Below, in pieces: positions 11,188-22,525 of a stretch of 64,000 nt of DNA (positions within the stretch are counted from its first letter, which is position 1; every line of letters starts with the position of its first letter). Below the pieces are notes generated by a model that was not told the DNA's origin, did not search any database, and worked only from the letters and a program-made list of their open reading frames with translations. The DNA comes from Adineta vaga (lineage: Eukaryota; Animalia; Rotifera), in assembly GCA_021613535.1 (NCBI GenBank), contig CP075492.1:3534001-3598000 (forward strand). Direction: 5' to 3'. The translations under genes and the position numbers were made by a program.

Positions 11188-14171
11188 TGTCATTATCCGC
11201 CAACGCAACCCCCTTTTTTTCTTGTACAAATCCCTTTACTCTAAATACGCGTGACACTTTCTTATTTCAAGCCCATTCTCTTCTTTCTCACTTTGACTTT
11301 CTACTTCTCAACGAAATATTATCCGAGTGGGAAAGTTCGCCACTGCTAATGAACTGCCGGAACATCTGGAAACCATACAGTGATTATGACACGTCATCCT
11401 CCCTTAATTCATATCATATCTTATCGTTCAATGTTCGAGGATTAGATTTACGATTTCAGGAAGTGATCCTTCTAGCCAAATCATTTAAGTTTGACATAAT
11501 GATACTATTAGAAACAGGAGCCGGTGATCTACAACACTGCAAACAAGTTTTCTCTAAATATAAAACATTCTATCAAAAAGGTGAAAACGCAAATGGTGGC
11601 ACAATAGTTTTAGTTCGTAACGAGATAAAGACAGTCCGGATACCGTGCGATATTCCTAATGTATGTGTTATCGATGTCATTGATGGTAAACCACTAAGAA
11701 TAATAGGCATATATGCACCAGAGAGTAAATCGTGGTCTTGGGACAGTTTATCTCCATTAGTGACTGACAAGTGTGTCTTTTTGGGGGATTTTAACGTAGA
11801 TATTGAGCAGGATAAGGCTAAAGCTGAAACATTCATTACATGGTTGGACAGTTTATTTCTCACGCCATACCTTCCTGCTAAACCAACTTCTAAAAGATCC
11901 AAAAGAATCATAGATTTTGCACTATCGACAGGCTTTTCTATCGCAATACAAACACATGAAAGCGGCACGTCGAGTGATCATAAACCAATATTAGCGGTAG
12001 TACCAACTATGGCGAAAGAAACATCCTTTGCTAAAAACACGCGCTGGAACGTCTTTTCGATGGTTGCCGAATATGTATATCCCTTTTGGGAAAAAAACTG
12101 GCATCTAAACGAGCTGAACAACGTATACGAAGATTACATATCATTTCTCACACTACTCCTAGCGCGCTGCACGCTGCTTTTCCCCATAGATAAATATCGA
12201 ATTGCACTACCTAAGTACTTAAGAGCGTATTTGTCTCACACACGCGCATTATCGTTCAAACAAAAACGTTCAGGTGACATTCACCTAAAGCTAATAGTCA
12301 ATTACAGAAGAAAAGCAGCTAAATCTGAACTTAAGAGTTTTCTATCTGATCAACTGGCTAAATCAATTGCAGTAAGAAACACATCAACACCTAGTTCAAT
12401 GGCGTTTTGGTCAAAAGTTAAGAGATTTATGAAATCGTCAACAACGTCATTACACGGCTTCATACTACCGAATAACGAAGTCATTAAAGAACAGAACGAA
12501 ATGTGCGAGATAGCAGCGGACTACTATGAGAATTTTTTCAGTGAACCTAAGAATATTTACTATCCGCATCCATATACCGACGCACCGGAAGCAGAAGCGG
12601 AAAATTACTATGAAAAAATTCCACTAGCTACAGTAGAGGAAGTACTTGATGTAGTCTTAGCCAAAAAGAAAAAGAAATCATGTGACGCACATGCATTATC
12701 AAACTACATGTTTAACTACCTTCCCTTATCGTACTGGTCCTTGATGACAATGATTTTCAACGACACTTTTGTGAATGCAAACTTTCCGGCTTTATGGAAG
12801 GACACTCGAATACTTCTACTAGCGAAAAAAGAACATGTATGCGAGCCTAAAAATACTAGACCTATTTCTCTACTAGACGTTTTTCTAAAAACAAACGAAA
12901 AATTATTTCAAACTAGATTTAAAGATATTCTACAACGACGTGGATTACTACCAGACACTCAGTCTGGATTTCGTGAGGATTTCCGTCTTCAAACAAGAGT
13001 TCTTCTCTTCTTCGAACAAGTTGCAAGTCTTATGGCGAACAGCTCGCCGGTAGCCACTATATTCGTAGACTTTAAAGCTGCCTTCGACCAGTTATGGTTT
13101 GAAGGATGCATAGGTAAACTAAGAAGGATGGGAATTCCAAAAGACTATCTATCTTGGATTTACTCATGGCTAGCTGGACGGAGAGCCTACATTGAAATTG
13201 CAGGAAAAAAATCAAGATGCTTTAACATATATAAAGGATGCCCTCAAGGCTCTATCTTCTCGCCAACTCTCTTTATCACGTACCATGCCGACATGGGTGA
13301 TTTCTTAGGGGGCTGTCTAAGTCATTTTTTTGCGGATGACTTAGCAGCAATTCTTGCTGGAAGTATCGGAATCAAATACACACTGCAGTGTCTAGATCTT
13401 GAAAGAAAATTGAAAGTTTTCTTAGAAAACCTGGAATATTACTCTATCCTAACAGCCCAACCAATTAACTTCTCCAAAACTGAAGGGCTCTGGTCAGCCA
13501 GAGCGATCGGTGCGCCTAAATTCGAATTAAATGCATTGAATAGTGACTTACAATGGACTAATAACTTCAAATACTTGGGCTATTGGATCACCCCGAAGCT
13601 AGGCTTCGGAAAGATGATTGACAAATCGATGCAAAAAATCAGACAAACAGTAGGAATGATAAACGCGATTCGTATTGATGGCTCAACTTCCCTAAACCTA
13701 AGAAGAACACTTTTCCAGTCGTTTGTGTTACCGTTATTCACCTGGCTATTTCCGCTCTTTCCTTTATTCACAGAGAAACAACAACATGATTTGTCCCATT
13801 TTTATTTCACCTGTCTAAAAAGAGTAACGTTTTGCTTGCAATGGAACGATAATATCTTTTCCTACATGATGAATGAACCAGCACTAGAAGATAGGTGCAA
13901 AAAATACTGGGAAAAATACTTAGGTGCGCTAGCGGAAAATACGGACGGCGAGCTACTTCTTGAGCAAGCCAACCTAAACGCCTTCCGCGAAATGTGGCGG
14001 AATAAAGAAATAAAAATAATAAGATTATTTAGGTCAAAAAGATTTGTAGAACACACGTCAATAATTGAGCAGATAATGCGTTGGTGTAACAATACCCCAA
14101 CGCATAGTTCTATGCCTAACTTCGAAATGGATGACATCATGACACTTGCGGACTTTCCAGAAACGTTCTAG
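11187..14171 (+). CDS. LINE ORF2: APE endonuclease + reverse transcriptase
   Basis: SFNVRG, LLET, GIYAP, LGDFN, IIDF, SDH (APE); RPISLL, QSGFR, DFKAAFD, GCPQGSIFSP, FADD, KYLG (RT). Uninterrupted. Confidence 0.95.
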   Translation: MSLSANATPFFSCTNPFTLNTRDTFLFQAHSLLSHFDFLLLNEILSEWESSPLLMNCRNIWKPYSDYDTSSSLNSYHILSFNVRGLDLRFQEVILLAKSFKFDIMILLETGAGDLQHCKQVFSKYKTFYQKGENANGGTIVLVRNEIKTVRIPCDIPNVCVIDVIDGKPLRIIGIYAPESKSWSWDSLSPLVTDKCVFLGDFNVDIEQDKAKAETFITWLDSLFLTPYLPAKPTSKRSKRIIDFALSTGFSIAIQTHESGTSSDHKPILAVVPTMAKETSFAKNTRWNVFSMVAEYVYPFWEKNWHLNELNNVYEDYISFLTLLLARCTLLFPIDKYRIALPKYLRAYLSHTRALSFKQKRSGDIHLKLIVNYRRKAAKSELKSFLSDQLAKSIAVRNTSTPSSMAFWSKVKRFMKSSTTSLHGFILPNNEVIKEQNEMCEIAADYYENFFSEPKNIYYPHPYTDAPEAEAENYYEKIPLATVEEVLDVVLAKKKKKSCDAHALSNYMFNYLPLSYWSLMTMIFNDTFVNANFPALWKDTRILLLAKKEHVCEPKNTRPISLLDVFLKTNEKLFQTRFKDILQRRGLLPDTQSGFREDFRLQTRVLLFFEQVASLMANSSPVATIFVDFKAAFDQLWFEGCIGKLRRMGIPKDYLSWIYSWLAGRRAYIEIAGKKSRCFNIYKGCPQGSIFSPTLFITYHADMGDFLGGCLSHFFADDLAAILAGSIGIKYTLQCLDLERKLKVFLENLEYYSILTAQPINFSKTEGLWSARAIGAPKFELNALNSDLQWTNNFKYLGYWITPKLGFGKMIDKSMQKIRQTVGMINAIRIDGSTSLNLRRTLFQSFVLPLFTWLFPLFPLFTEKQQHDLSHFYFTCLKRVTFCLQWNDNIFSYMMNEPALEDRCKKYWEKYLGALAENTDGELLLEQANLNAFREMWRNKEIKIIRLFRSKRFVEHTSIIEQIMRWCNNTPTHSSMPNFEMDDIMTLADFPETF

Positions 14172-14289
14172 ACTCTTTCTCTTCTCTTGTCTCTCTTCCT
14201 TCTTGTCTCTCTTCCTTCTTGTCTTTCTTCCTTCTTGTCTCTCTTCTTTCCTCTTAGTCTTCTTTTTTCTTTCTCTATTTCAGCAGGTA

Positions 14290-14555
14290 AGAGAGGAGAG
14301 TAAAACCTCCTCTCTCGGAGCCGATCTTTCAAGCTTTCCGGGGAAGAGGTGAGAGTCCTCTCCTCTTCTTTCGTTTCTTTGCTCTCTAGTATAGGCGAAG
14401 AAGAGTAATGTGCTCCTCTTCCCGCCTTTCCTTTCCTTTTCTTCTCTTTTCTTCTCTTTTCGTCTCGTTTCGCAAGTGAAGAGGAGATTGTTCTCCTCTT
14501 CTCATATTCTATGTTCTTGTTGAGGGGAAGGGGAGAAAATCTCTCTCCTTCTCCA
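14290..14555 (+). repeat. Array of five purine/pyrimidine stem-loops in the LINE 3'UTR
   Basis: AGAGAGGAG/CTCCTCTCT, GAAGAGG/CCTCTTC, GGCG..CGCC-closed stem, GAAGAGGAGA-TTGT-TCTCCTCTTC, GAAGGGGAGA/TCTCTCCTTC. Confidence 0.7.
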
Positions 14556-15059
14556 CCTTCTCACTCAGCATCTTACTGTATCGTATTACCTTTATCTTGT
14601 ATAACACTTGTTGACGATTTGTTTATTTTGCGTTTCATTGTTATTAATTGTAATGAAAAAATGAAAAAATGCGTGAAAATCTATCAGTGCTTATTATTAC
14701 AATTGTTGGTCTCTTCCTCTCTACCAATGTTATTCTGATCCTTTGCCCTCCTCTCTTCTACCTTTTTTATAACCATGGTACTGTTAGGACCATAGAGGTC
14801 GTCAGTTATTGCAAATAAAAAAAAAAAAAAAAGTGATAAACGCATTATTATCACAGATAATTCTACCATTTTGTTTTGCTTCTTGCTTATTTATATCATC
14901 CTATCCATCGCAAACGATTGAATTTTTACTCTATGTTTTGCCGTCGACGTTCTCGATTTAATATATTTTTCTTATCACATTTTACATAAGATAAGAAATA
15001 ATAGAAATCTTCTGCCTTTAACAAAACGAGAAAGATTTTGTTATATTCTATTCGTAAAA

Positions 15060-16071
15060 ATGTCGTTTTCATCATTGCCTGTAGTAGATTTACAATCGAA
15101 CTCCGAGGAAATTCGTCAATCACTTCTTCATGCTTGTTTTACAACTGGTTTCTTCTACTTATCTAATCATAATCTTCATTCGCTTCAGAATCGAATGTTC
15201 AAATTAGCTAAAGAATTCTTTCAACTTCCTCTGGATGCTAAACTTCGTCATTCAATTAATCCAACTTCTTATCGTGGTTATTTGACAGTTGGTCGTGAAA
15301 ATCTTGATTCAACCAATTCGACACTTGTTGATGAAAAAGAAGCATTTAAAATTGGTCAACCGGAATTAAATAACAAAGATCAATTTCCCGAACTGTTTTC
15401 TCGTGATGAAAATTTTCATTTAATCGATGAATTTTTTCATTCATGTTACAATCTTTGCCTTCGTTTATTCGAACATTTAGCTGAAACATTCGAAATTAAT
15501 CGAGATTATTTTACATCGATACATCAATGGGATAAAGAACCAGGTGCGACATTAAAACTATTACATTATCCACCAATAAATAAAACAAATTCTATTCGAG
15601 CAGTGAGTTTGTCAATCATCTACACTTCATTTGTTATGCTCCTTTTGCTTACAGGGTGCCCATTCGGATTACGGTTCTTTGACTCTTCTCTTTCAGCATG
15701 ATAACAAATCAGGTTTGGAAGTTTTTGATCGTTCAACGAATCAATGGTATCCCGTTGAAGCTCGTGATGATATGATTGTTGTGAATTTTGGTGATGTCTT
15801 TGAATATTGGAGTAAAGGAATGATTAAAAGTACAATTCATCGTGTTAATCTACCGACTCGTGAACAAGAAAATGATTCACGATATTCAATTGCCTTTTTC
15901 TGTGATCCTAATGGTGATACACTTCTTACACCAATTCCTTCGAAATTAATTGAAAATCTAATCTATACAAAAGATCAACATGCTACTCATGTATTTACTC
16001 ATGATAATGAACATATTTTAACTGCAGGTGAACATTTACAAATGAGATTGAATAAAACACATACATATTAG
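15060..16071 (+). CDS. 2-oxoglutarate/Fe(II) dioxygenase (IPNS/DIOX family), two exons
   Basis: LPVVDL and GFFYLSNH (DIOX_N); LKLLHYP, HSDYGSLTLL, STIHRV, RYSIAFF. Intron 15603-15654. Confidence 0.9.
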
Positions 16072-16126
16072 ATGTTTTATTGTCTAAGAAAAAGTCTGTC
16101 AAGAAGTGTCAATATATTGATCTATA

Positions 16127-16697
16127 TTATCCAGAACTTGATTTGCAACAACAACGATAGCCACCATAAGGAGTATTACAAACACCACCATTGATAGCAA
16201 AAAATAAACCCGAAAAACTCGAAGCGTTTCCATAGGAGTTAAGACATATAGCTCCTAGGGATGCACGAATATTGCAAGTATAAACGGCACCATTAAGAGC
16301 AGTAATGGCATCTGCACCGTAGTTGTAAGTGGGATCCGTAGCACCAGAAGCACCACTACTAAGTTTGCCAGTACAAAATGTTTCACATGAATAAGCACCA
16401 ATAGGTTCTTGAAAAGTGCCACTTGAATTACTGTATCTATTATAGATATTTGCATTGCACGCACTACACGATGGTTTTGTAACTGTAGTAGAAACAATAA
16501 AATACTTAGTAGAAGATGAATGAGATTCGTTTGGATACAATACACTCAAGAAGTTTATTGTATGTTTTTCTCTTTTATAGAATAGTCAAAGTAACGTTAG
16601 AGAGTCAACTGACCTAATAAATCTTGTCGTGACAAGTAAACTGGAATCAGGACAAGTACGATAATCGTTGCAAGTGCCAGTAAAATAAATCCCGTAC
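16127..16697 (-). CDS. Small membrane-anchored cysteine-rich protein of unknown function (partial model)
   Basis: Hydrophobic exon GFILLALATIIVLVLIPVYL (about 16697-16613) spliced to a Cys/Gly/Ser-rich exon ending RCCCKSSSG. 5' exon(s) unresolved. Confidence 0.5.
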
Positions 16698-17500
16698 CTA
16701 TAAAAACTAATAGAGTTGTCATCGACATGCATCCTGCTCTATAATATAGAAATAGAAATATACAAAAAAATTTTATCGATTATTTGATAATTAGTACATT
16801 CGAAATCGTTATAATTCAGTTACAATCAACTTATTTTAAATGTTAGTTGCAGAAAGAATGCAAGAGCATTAGTAGACATTACGTTTGTGCTGGTTTGATA
16901 ACAGCTTGATCATTTACGTTAACCATGATAATTCTTTTCTCTTATCTACAATGTATGGCACAAGTCGTACTTGAAAATTGATGTTGATCGACAACAGATT
17001 ATCTGCTCTTACTAACTGATTTACAAAGCTTTCATCAAAAAAGAAGAATAAAAACGTAACTAGGTGTATGATAGACCGAAAGATAGAAATCAAATAAGGT
17101 AGTTTAGGGAAAAAAAGAGATGGTTTTACCTTTATATATTGTATAATTGTTTGTAATTAGTGTCATCAAAAAGAATACAAGGAGAAAGGCATTATTAAAT
17201 TTTTCTTTATATTCAGTTTGGAAGAGAATGGTCGATACGTAAAGAGACACGTCGAAGGACATCGAGAGATATAGAAAAAAAAGATAAGGTATATTGAAGG
17301 AAGAGAGCGAGAGAGAGCAAGCCAAGGTAAGAACAGATATGATATATCGACATATATGTGCAGGAAGTAAAAGTCCGATCAATTCTACATAATTTATTGA
17401 TCGATTTTGTTATTTTTCATTCAAGGAACTCACATATGGAGACCGATAGAAGCTATATTTTATTATCATTACATTAAGCAAACATCAAATTATTGTTCTA

Positions 17501-18454
17501 TCAATTATGATTAATATAATTCGGAACTATTTGAAAAACGCTATTTTTACCACCCGTAACAAGTATTTTTCCATTTGCTAAGACAGATGCTGTATGAAAT
17601 ATTCGAGCAACATTCATATTTTCTATTAATGACCAACTACCTGTTAATGGATCATATTGATCGGTTGTTGTCAGATAAGTATTACTATATCCACCAGTAA
17701 CTAATACTCTTCCATTTGCTAAGATAGATGCTGCATGAGCAGCTCGTATACTTTTCATATTTCCTACCAATGTCCAAATACCTGTTGATGGATCATATAA
17801 TTCACTAGTCTTAAGATAACCATTGCTATTGAATCCACCAGTAACTAATACATTTCCATTTGATAATACCGATGCTGTATGACTGTTTCGCGCATCATTC
17901 ATATTTCCTGTAAGGATCCAAACTAAATAATACAAACAAATCTATGTCCTTGTTGTAAATAGTTTCAGCATTGAGATTTTAACGAAAAGGTCCTGAAAAA
18001 TGTTTTCTGAGTGAATGACAATGTACTTTGTATCTAAAGTTTCAAACATTTCTCTAACCTGGTTGAGCTATAGTTGTTGTTGTTGATGATGTTATTGTTT
18101 CTATTTTACAAAATGAGAGTACAATCTTCCTAAATTTTCGTGTAGTTTAATAAACTTACTCAGTGTTATTAGTATTGTTGATTGATTAATAAATATAAAA
18201 GAAGAATTATAATTTAAATCAATTATAATTGAAGTGGTATTTGAATAGAATAAATGACATGTTTGATTGTTTGAATAGTAATTTAATGTTGATATGAAAT
18301 TATTTGATTTAATCATTTGACAAATACATTCAGATTTGGTTTTATTCAATAATATTCGATAATTATTTCCAATATTTATATGATTTTCTATTTTACTCAA
18401 GAGAATACAACGAATAAAAGAAAATATTCAGAAAAAAACGACTAATCGAAGCAT
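17501..18454 (-). pseudogene. Secreted PAN/apple-like + kelch-repeat gene, apparently disabled
   Basis: Three kelch repeats (R..HTASVL.NG.VLVTGG...SELYDP.TG.W). N-terminal exon with ECICQM..TCHLF. In-frame TGA at 18430-18428 in the signal peptide and a frameshift in the last repeat. Confidence 0.7.
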
Positions 18455-19049
18455 GTCGAGTATTTCTTTTTAAAGTATTGCAACGTTTTTTTCTCTCAAA
18501 ACTCAACCATATTAATATTTAATTCGAAGTTAAAACATGATGTGAAATATTTTCATACAGCAGATGTTTTTTGTTGTTGAAAGAAAACGCTTCAATGATC
18601 AAACCATATGACACGGATAGTCAAGTGAAAGAAAAAAAAATAGTATTCCGTTTTTCTGTCTAGTTACGCTTCTTGAGGGTATGAGTATGAGGATACCGTA
18701 AGAATCACCCACATTCTGTCAACGCAATTTTATTAGTTCTATGTTTCATTCTCTTTTGAATTCTTGTAGATTTCTGTTATTGGAAATATCATGTATAAAA
18801 TATTGTATGATTTGATTATTTTCTCGTACTTTAACTTTTAAAATATTCAGTTCTCTCTTAAAATCATCGATAAATTTGAAGAGACTTGTTTTTCATCATT
18901 ATTCTCAAAGATAAGACGATAAATTCAATTTGTTGGCCGAAGACATTTTCTTAGGAAAAATTTCATCGATGTAATTAACCAAAGTTTGAGTAAAAGAAAT
19001 GTATGGAAAAGAATCTCGAAGTGACGTACAATAGGTTGTTGTTTATTTT

Positions 19050-19900
19050 TAACAAAAAATACTGTTTCTTTGAATGAGATTGTTTTGATTAATTTCATGA
19101 AATATATTAATATTGAAATGACAAGAATAATACAAAGAGAAATTAAAATAAGATAAAAATGGAGAATGAATTCCACAATCGATTCGAAAGATATGATAAA
19201 AGAATTAAATCATCTAAAACATCAATTTCAGGAGATTCAGGATAATTTGAATTTTGTTGAAGATCTTCAAATTCTTGAAAAGGTTTTGTAAATTCATTTC
19301 GACAATATTCTTTCTATGTACATTGTGGGCATGTTTTAATAAAAACATCAATTGTAGAATTAGGTACTATTGTTTCGCACGATTTACATGGCCAAATTCC
19401 TGTGTCATTTTTGTGTGTTCTACGACGATATTGTGCACGGTTAGAAATAAAATAAAATATCAAATTTTCTTGATTAATTAAGTTTGTATTGCGGTAATAA
19501 ATAGATTTGGAACTGAATAATAACCTGGTTGATATGGTGGGAAAGCAAATAGTTGATATATTTCCTATTGAATAAATATAAAATATCTTTATTAAAAGAT
19601 GTTTGAATACTTTGTAAATCGTTTGATCATGATTCGGAAATATTGAAGATGGATTAAATGAAATATCAAATGTCATATTTATTTACATTAGTATTCAATG
19701 TAATTAAATAAAGAATATTAATATTCGGTGTACTTTCATTATAACCAGCAATAAATGCATGTCGATTGCTGATTTTCAATGATCTAGGACGAAATTTTGA
19801 AGGTGACGGAAATATTTTGTAAAGTATTCGAATTAAAATATAAAATAGATTCATCTGTACAACTAACTGCAAAACTTCCATCGGGACTAACATCTAATAT
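19050..19900 (-). pseudogene. Degenerate coding remnant with CxxC pairs
   Basis: Fragmented frames including WPCKSC...TCPQC; no continuous ORF. Confidence 0.3.
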
Positions 19901-20281
19901 ATATGATTCAATAATTTGAAATGTTGTATTGTAAAAAAAAATATTTTTGTTTTTTCAAAATAATTTATGATGAGAGATTTATTGATTCAGTATATTTTAT
20001 AGGCAAAGTCAACTATTCAAATATCTTGTCAATATTTGAAATAAATGTCTACTCTGGACTCGGGTTTTTTTTCTTCCATGAAAATCTTGAGGATATGGGT
20101 GCGGGTTTGAATGAATATAGGGATACACTTTCCCACCCGTCGGAATGTTCTCTGCTAATCTTTATTGAGGAAGAAGTTAATCGTAGTAAAATAAATGAGA
20201 AAAAAAGCACATTTTGAGGGACGAAAGAGTGAGAACGGAGGTTTATATAGAAGTATTATTGTACTGAAAATTGAAGAAAAA

Positions 20282-22525
20282 TTAAATTTTTCGTTTCCAA
20301 ACAGTAGCTAATGTGATAATATATTCAAACTTCCGACGGTGCTCGCGTATCATAAATGGAATTTCTTCTTCATATATCAAATCAAATTCAGTAAGGATAT
20401 TTTCAATATCTTTAACACCATTAAGCCAGTTTTCTATTGGTGTGTATTGAGGTAGCCAACTAAATGGTGTTGTCATCACTAAAATACCTCCTTTCTTGAC
20501 TAATCCATTATCACCTTGCATTCGTTTTAAACAAATTGATGGATTTGATAATCGACATAAGATATTAGCGAATACTACTGCATCATAATCTTTCAGATAA
20601 GATGGTAATGAACATGCATCACCTACTTCAAAACGTATTCGATGTCGATCAATTGAAGAATTAACTACAGCTGTTAATGTTGTTCGTTGCATTCCTTGAT
20701 CTTTTCGAGTATATTCTAATGTACCATATTGTTTTAAACGTTGAGCAGCATTAATAAACTTCTGACTATAATCAATGCCAATAACTTCATTGAAAGTATT
20801 TGCTAATTCAAATGTAGTGCGACCAACAGCACATCCTAAATCTAGTGCACGATCATTCGTAGGAGCAAAGCGATTTACAAGTTCAGCACAAGCAATTGGC
20901 AATTCGACAACTTGTGGAAAAATTATTTTTGTAGACAATGACAGATCAAACCGTTGTTCTCTTTCGCCCCAATGCATTAAGAGATAAGTATCAAGCATTT
21001 CTTGTGTTTCATAAGTAGTAATTGACTTGCCAATAAAACGAGCATTGCAAGTGGAAATATCATCACTACGAACAATACGAAAACCAGCATGTTGTAGAAA
21101 ATGTGGACGAAAATGAAATCTTGCCCATATACTTGCTTCATCACCAGTACTTGCAAATGAACCACCTAAAATCATTTGATGTTCTCCATCATAACATGGT
21201 ACACTAAAATCATTGTAATATGGATGTGGTTCACTACCTTCTAATGGATGAAAATGATCTTCACACCATTGCCAAACATTTCCAAACACATCATAGAAAC
21301 CTTTTTGATTCACTTGACTATTGGTAACTGATACTTCACCGCCATAACGTAAATTATTATTCCATTCATGATCCTTTTCATCACGTAACATATGATGTTC
21401 ACTTTCGGTTATTAATCGATAGGGTATCACACTTTTCTCTTGTTCTGTACGCCAAGCGCAATAAGCTTTGGCTTCATGAAAATTAACACAAACAGGTGCA
21501 TTCCATTGCATATCTATGATTTCAAAGATCATACGTAATTGATATTGATGTAGACCAGATGGACCAGTTTGTATCCAAAAAGCGGGTGCTTTCATATTAC
21601 GAAAAGAACGCCATGCCCATCCAATAGGTGACCAATAACGTTCTTGTAAATAACCATCTCCAGTAACAAATGAATAAAATTCTTTATTGCTAATCAACAT
21701 ACTACTCGCACTAAAAGATTGTACGAGTCGTTTTTCCATACCATACTCATTATCCCACCCAAAGCTTGGCCAATCAATAGGCTTGCCTATCTTTACTTCA
21801 GATTTACTTATATTAATCATTGAATTTTCTTTCAAAAACTCATCTGTTTTTTGTTTCAGTAAACTCGGCCATGCTTCAGGTTTACGGACGAATTCAATGG
21901 GTAGTTCTCTAATCAATACTGAAGATGTTTCAAAATGAATACGATCATGTTCAAAACCCATCAATAATGCCCATGTTGGTTTAGCAATCGTAATTGGCAT
22001 ATGTTTATCATCAAGTAATGGATGTGTTTCAATCAGTTCGCGTATAATTCCATAAGCTTCAGAACGATACTGATGTACTTCCTTTATTGATGGCCAAATA
22101 TCTTCAATACCTTCGTATAAATCATCCCATCGCATTTCATCGACGCCAGTTTCAAATAACCGTTCGAATTCACTATTTATTCCTTTAACAATTAAACCAG
22201 CTACATGCAGTTTATTAATGTACAGTACAGCTGGATGACCATAATAAAATATCATTGGATGGCGTAATTTATGATGAGGCCGACGATAATATGCTTCTTT
22301 ATTCATCAATCCATAAAAGAGAACTTCTGTTAATGTCCATGTATTGTCAAAATAATCGAGTAATTCCTTTCGTGTAGCATTTGTTTTAACTTGTGGTAAT
22401 GATTTTATTATTCCATCAGATTCAACACCAGGACAAATACCATAAACAGGTGGTTTACCCGTCCAAAATGAAGAACAACTAATAATAGAATTATTAGATG
22501 AAACAGTAGACATGTTTGTACTCAA
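20282..22525 (-). CDS. ovoA: 5-histidylcysteine sulfoxide synthase / methyltransferase (ovothiol biosynthesis)
   Basis: DinB-like domain HPMIFYYGHPAVLYINKL and iron motif EHDRIHFETSSVLIRELP; FGE-sulfatase domain (GWDNEYG, PVCVNFHEAKAYC, GNVWQW, FRPHFLQHAGFR); SAM-MTase domain (ALDLGCAVGR). Single long exon; ATG start probably 22513. Confidence 0.93.
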   Translation of the reverse strand: MSTNMSTVSSNNSIISCSSFWTGKPPVYGICPGVESDGIIKSLPQVKTNATRKELLDYFDNTWTLTEVLFYGLMNKEAYYRRPHHKLRHPMIFYYGHPAVLYINKLHVAGLIVKGINSEFERLFETGVDEMRWDDLYEGIEDIWPSIKEVHQYRSEAYGIIRELIETHPLLDDKHMPITIAKPTWALLMGFEHDRIHFETSSVLIRELPIEFVRKPEAWPSLLKQKTDEFLKENSMINISKSEVKIGKPIDWPSFGWDNEYGMEKRLVQSFSASSMLISNKEFYSFVTGDGYLQERYWSPIGWAWRSFRNMKAPAFWIQTGPSGLHQYQLRMIFEIIDMQWNAPVCVNFHEAKAYCAWRTEQEKSVIPYRLITESEHHMLRDEKDHEWNNNLRYGGEVSVTNSQVNQKGFYDVFGNVWQWCEDHFHPLEGSEPHPYYNDFSVPCYDGEHQMILGGSFASTGDEASIWARFHFRPHFLQHAGFRIVRSDDISTCNARFIGKSITTYETQEMLDTYLLMHWGEREQRFDLSLSTKIIFPQVVELPIACAELVNRFAPTNDRALDLGCAVGRTTFELANTFNEVIGIDYSQKFINAAQRLKQYGTLEYTRKDQGMQRTTLTAVVNSSIDRHRIRFEVGDACSLPSYLKDYDAVVFANILCRLSNPSICLKRMQGDNGLVKKGGILVMTTPFSWLPQYTPIENWLNGVKDIENILTEFDLIYEEEIPFMIREHRRKFEYIITLATVWKRKI

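Larger units (their letters stand above)
9174..14831 (+). mobile_element. Full-length non-LTR retrotransposon (LINE, Jockey/I-group-like)
   Basis: ORF1 plus ORF2, AATAAA running into a poly(A) tail (about 14814-14831), perfect 15-bp target-site duplication AGTGATAAACGCATT at 9159-9173 and 14832-14846. Confidence 0.95.

Noticed and set aside
14146-14869. Short hydrophobic ORFs after LINE ORF2 (possible ORF3)
   Set aside because: By-products of the pyrimidine-rich 3'UTR with low-complexity L/F/S composition.
18428-18430. In-frame TGA codons (also 9367) as selenocysteine or an alternative genetic code
   Set aside because: TGA terminates normal genes here (e.g. 1217), no SECIS was recognised, and the contexts are non-catalytic.
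15060-22525. Oxygenase plus OvoA as a biosynthetic gene cluster
   Set aside because: Separated by unrelated genes, no known role for a 2OG oxygenase in ovothiol synthesis, and no lyase nearby.
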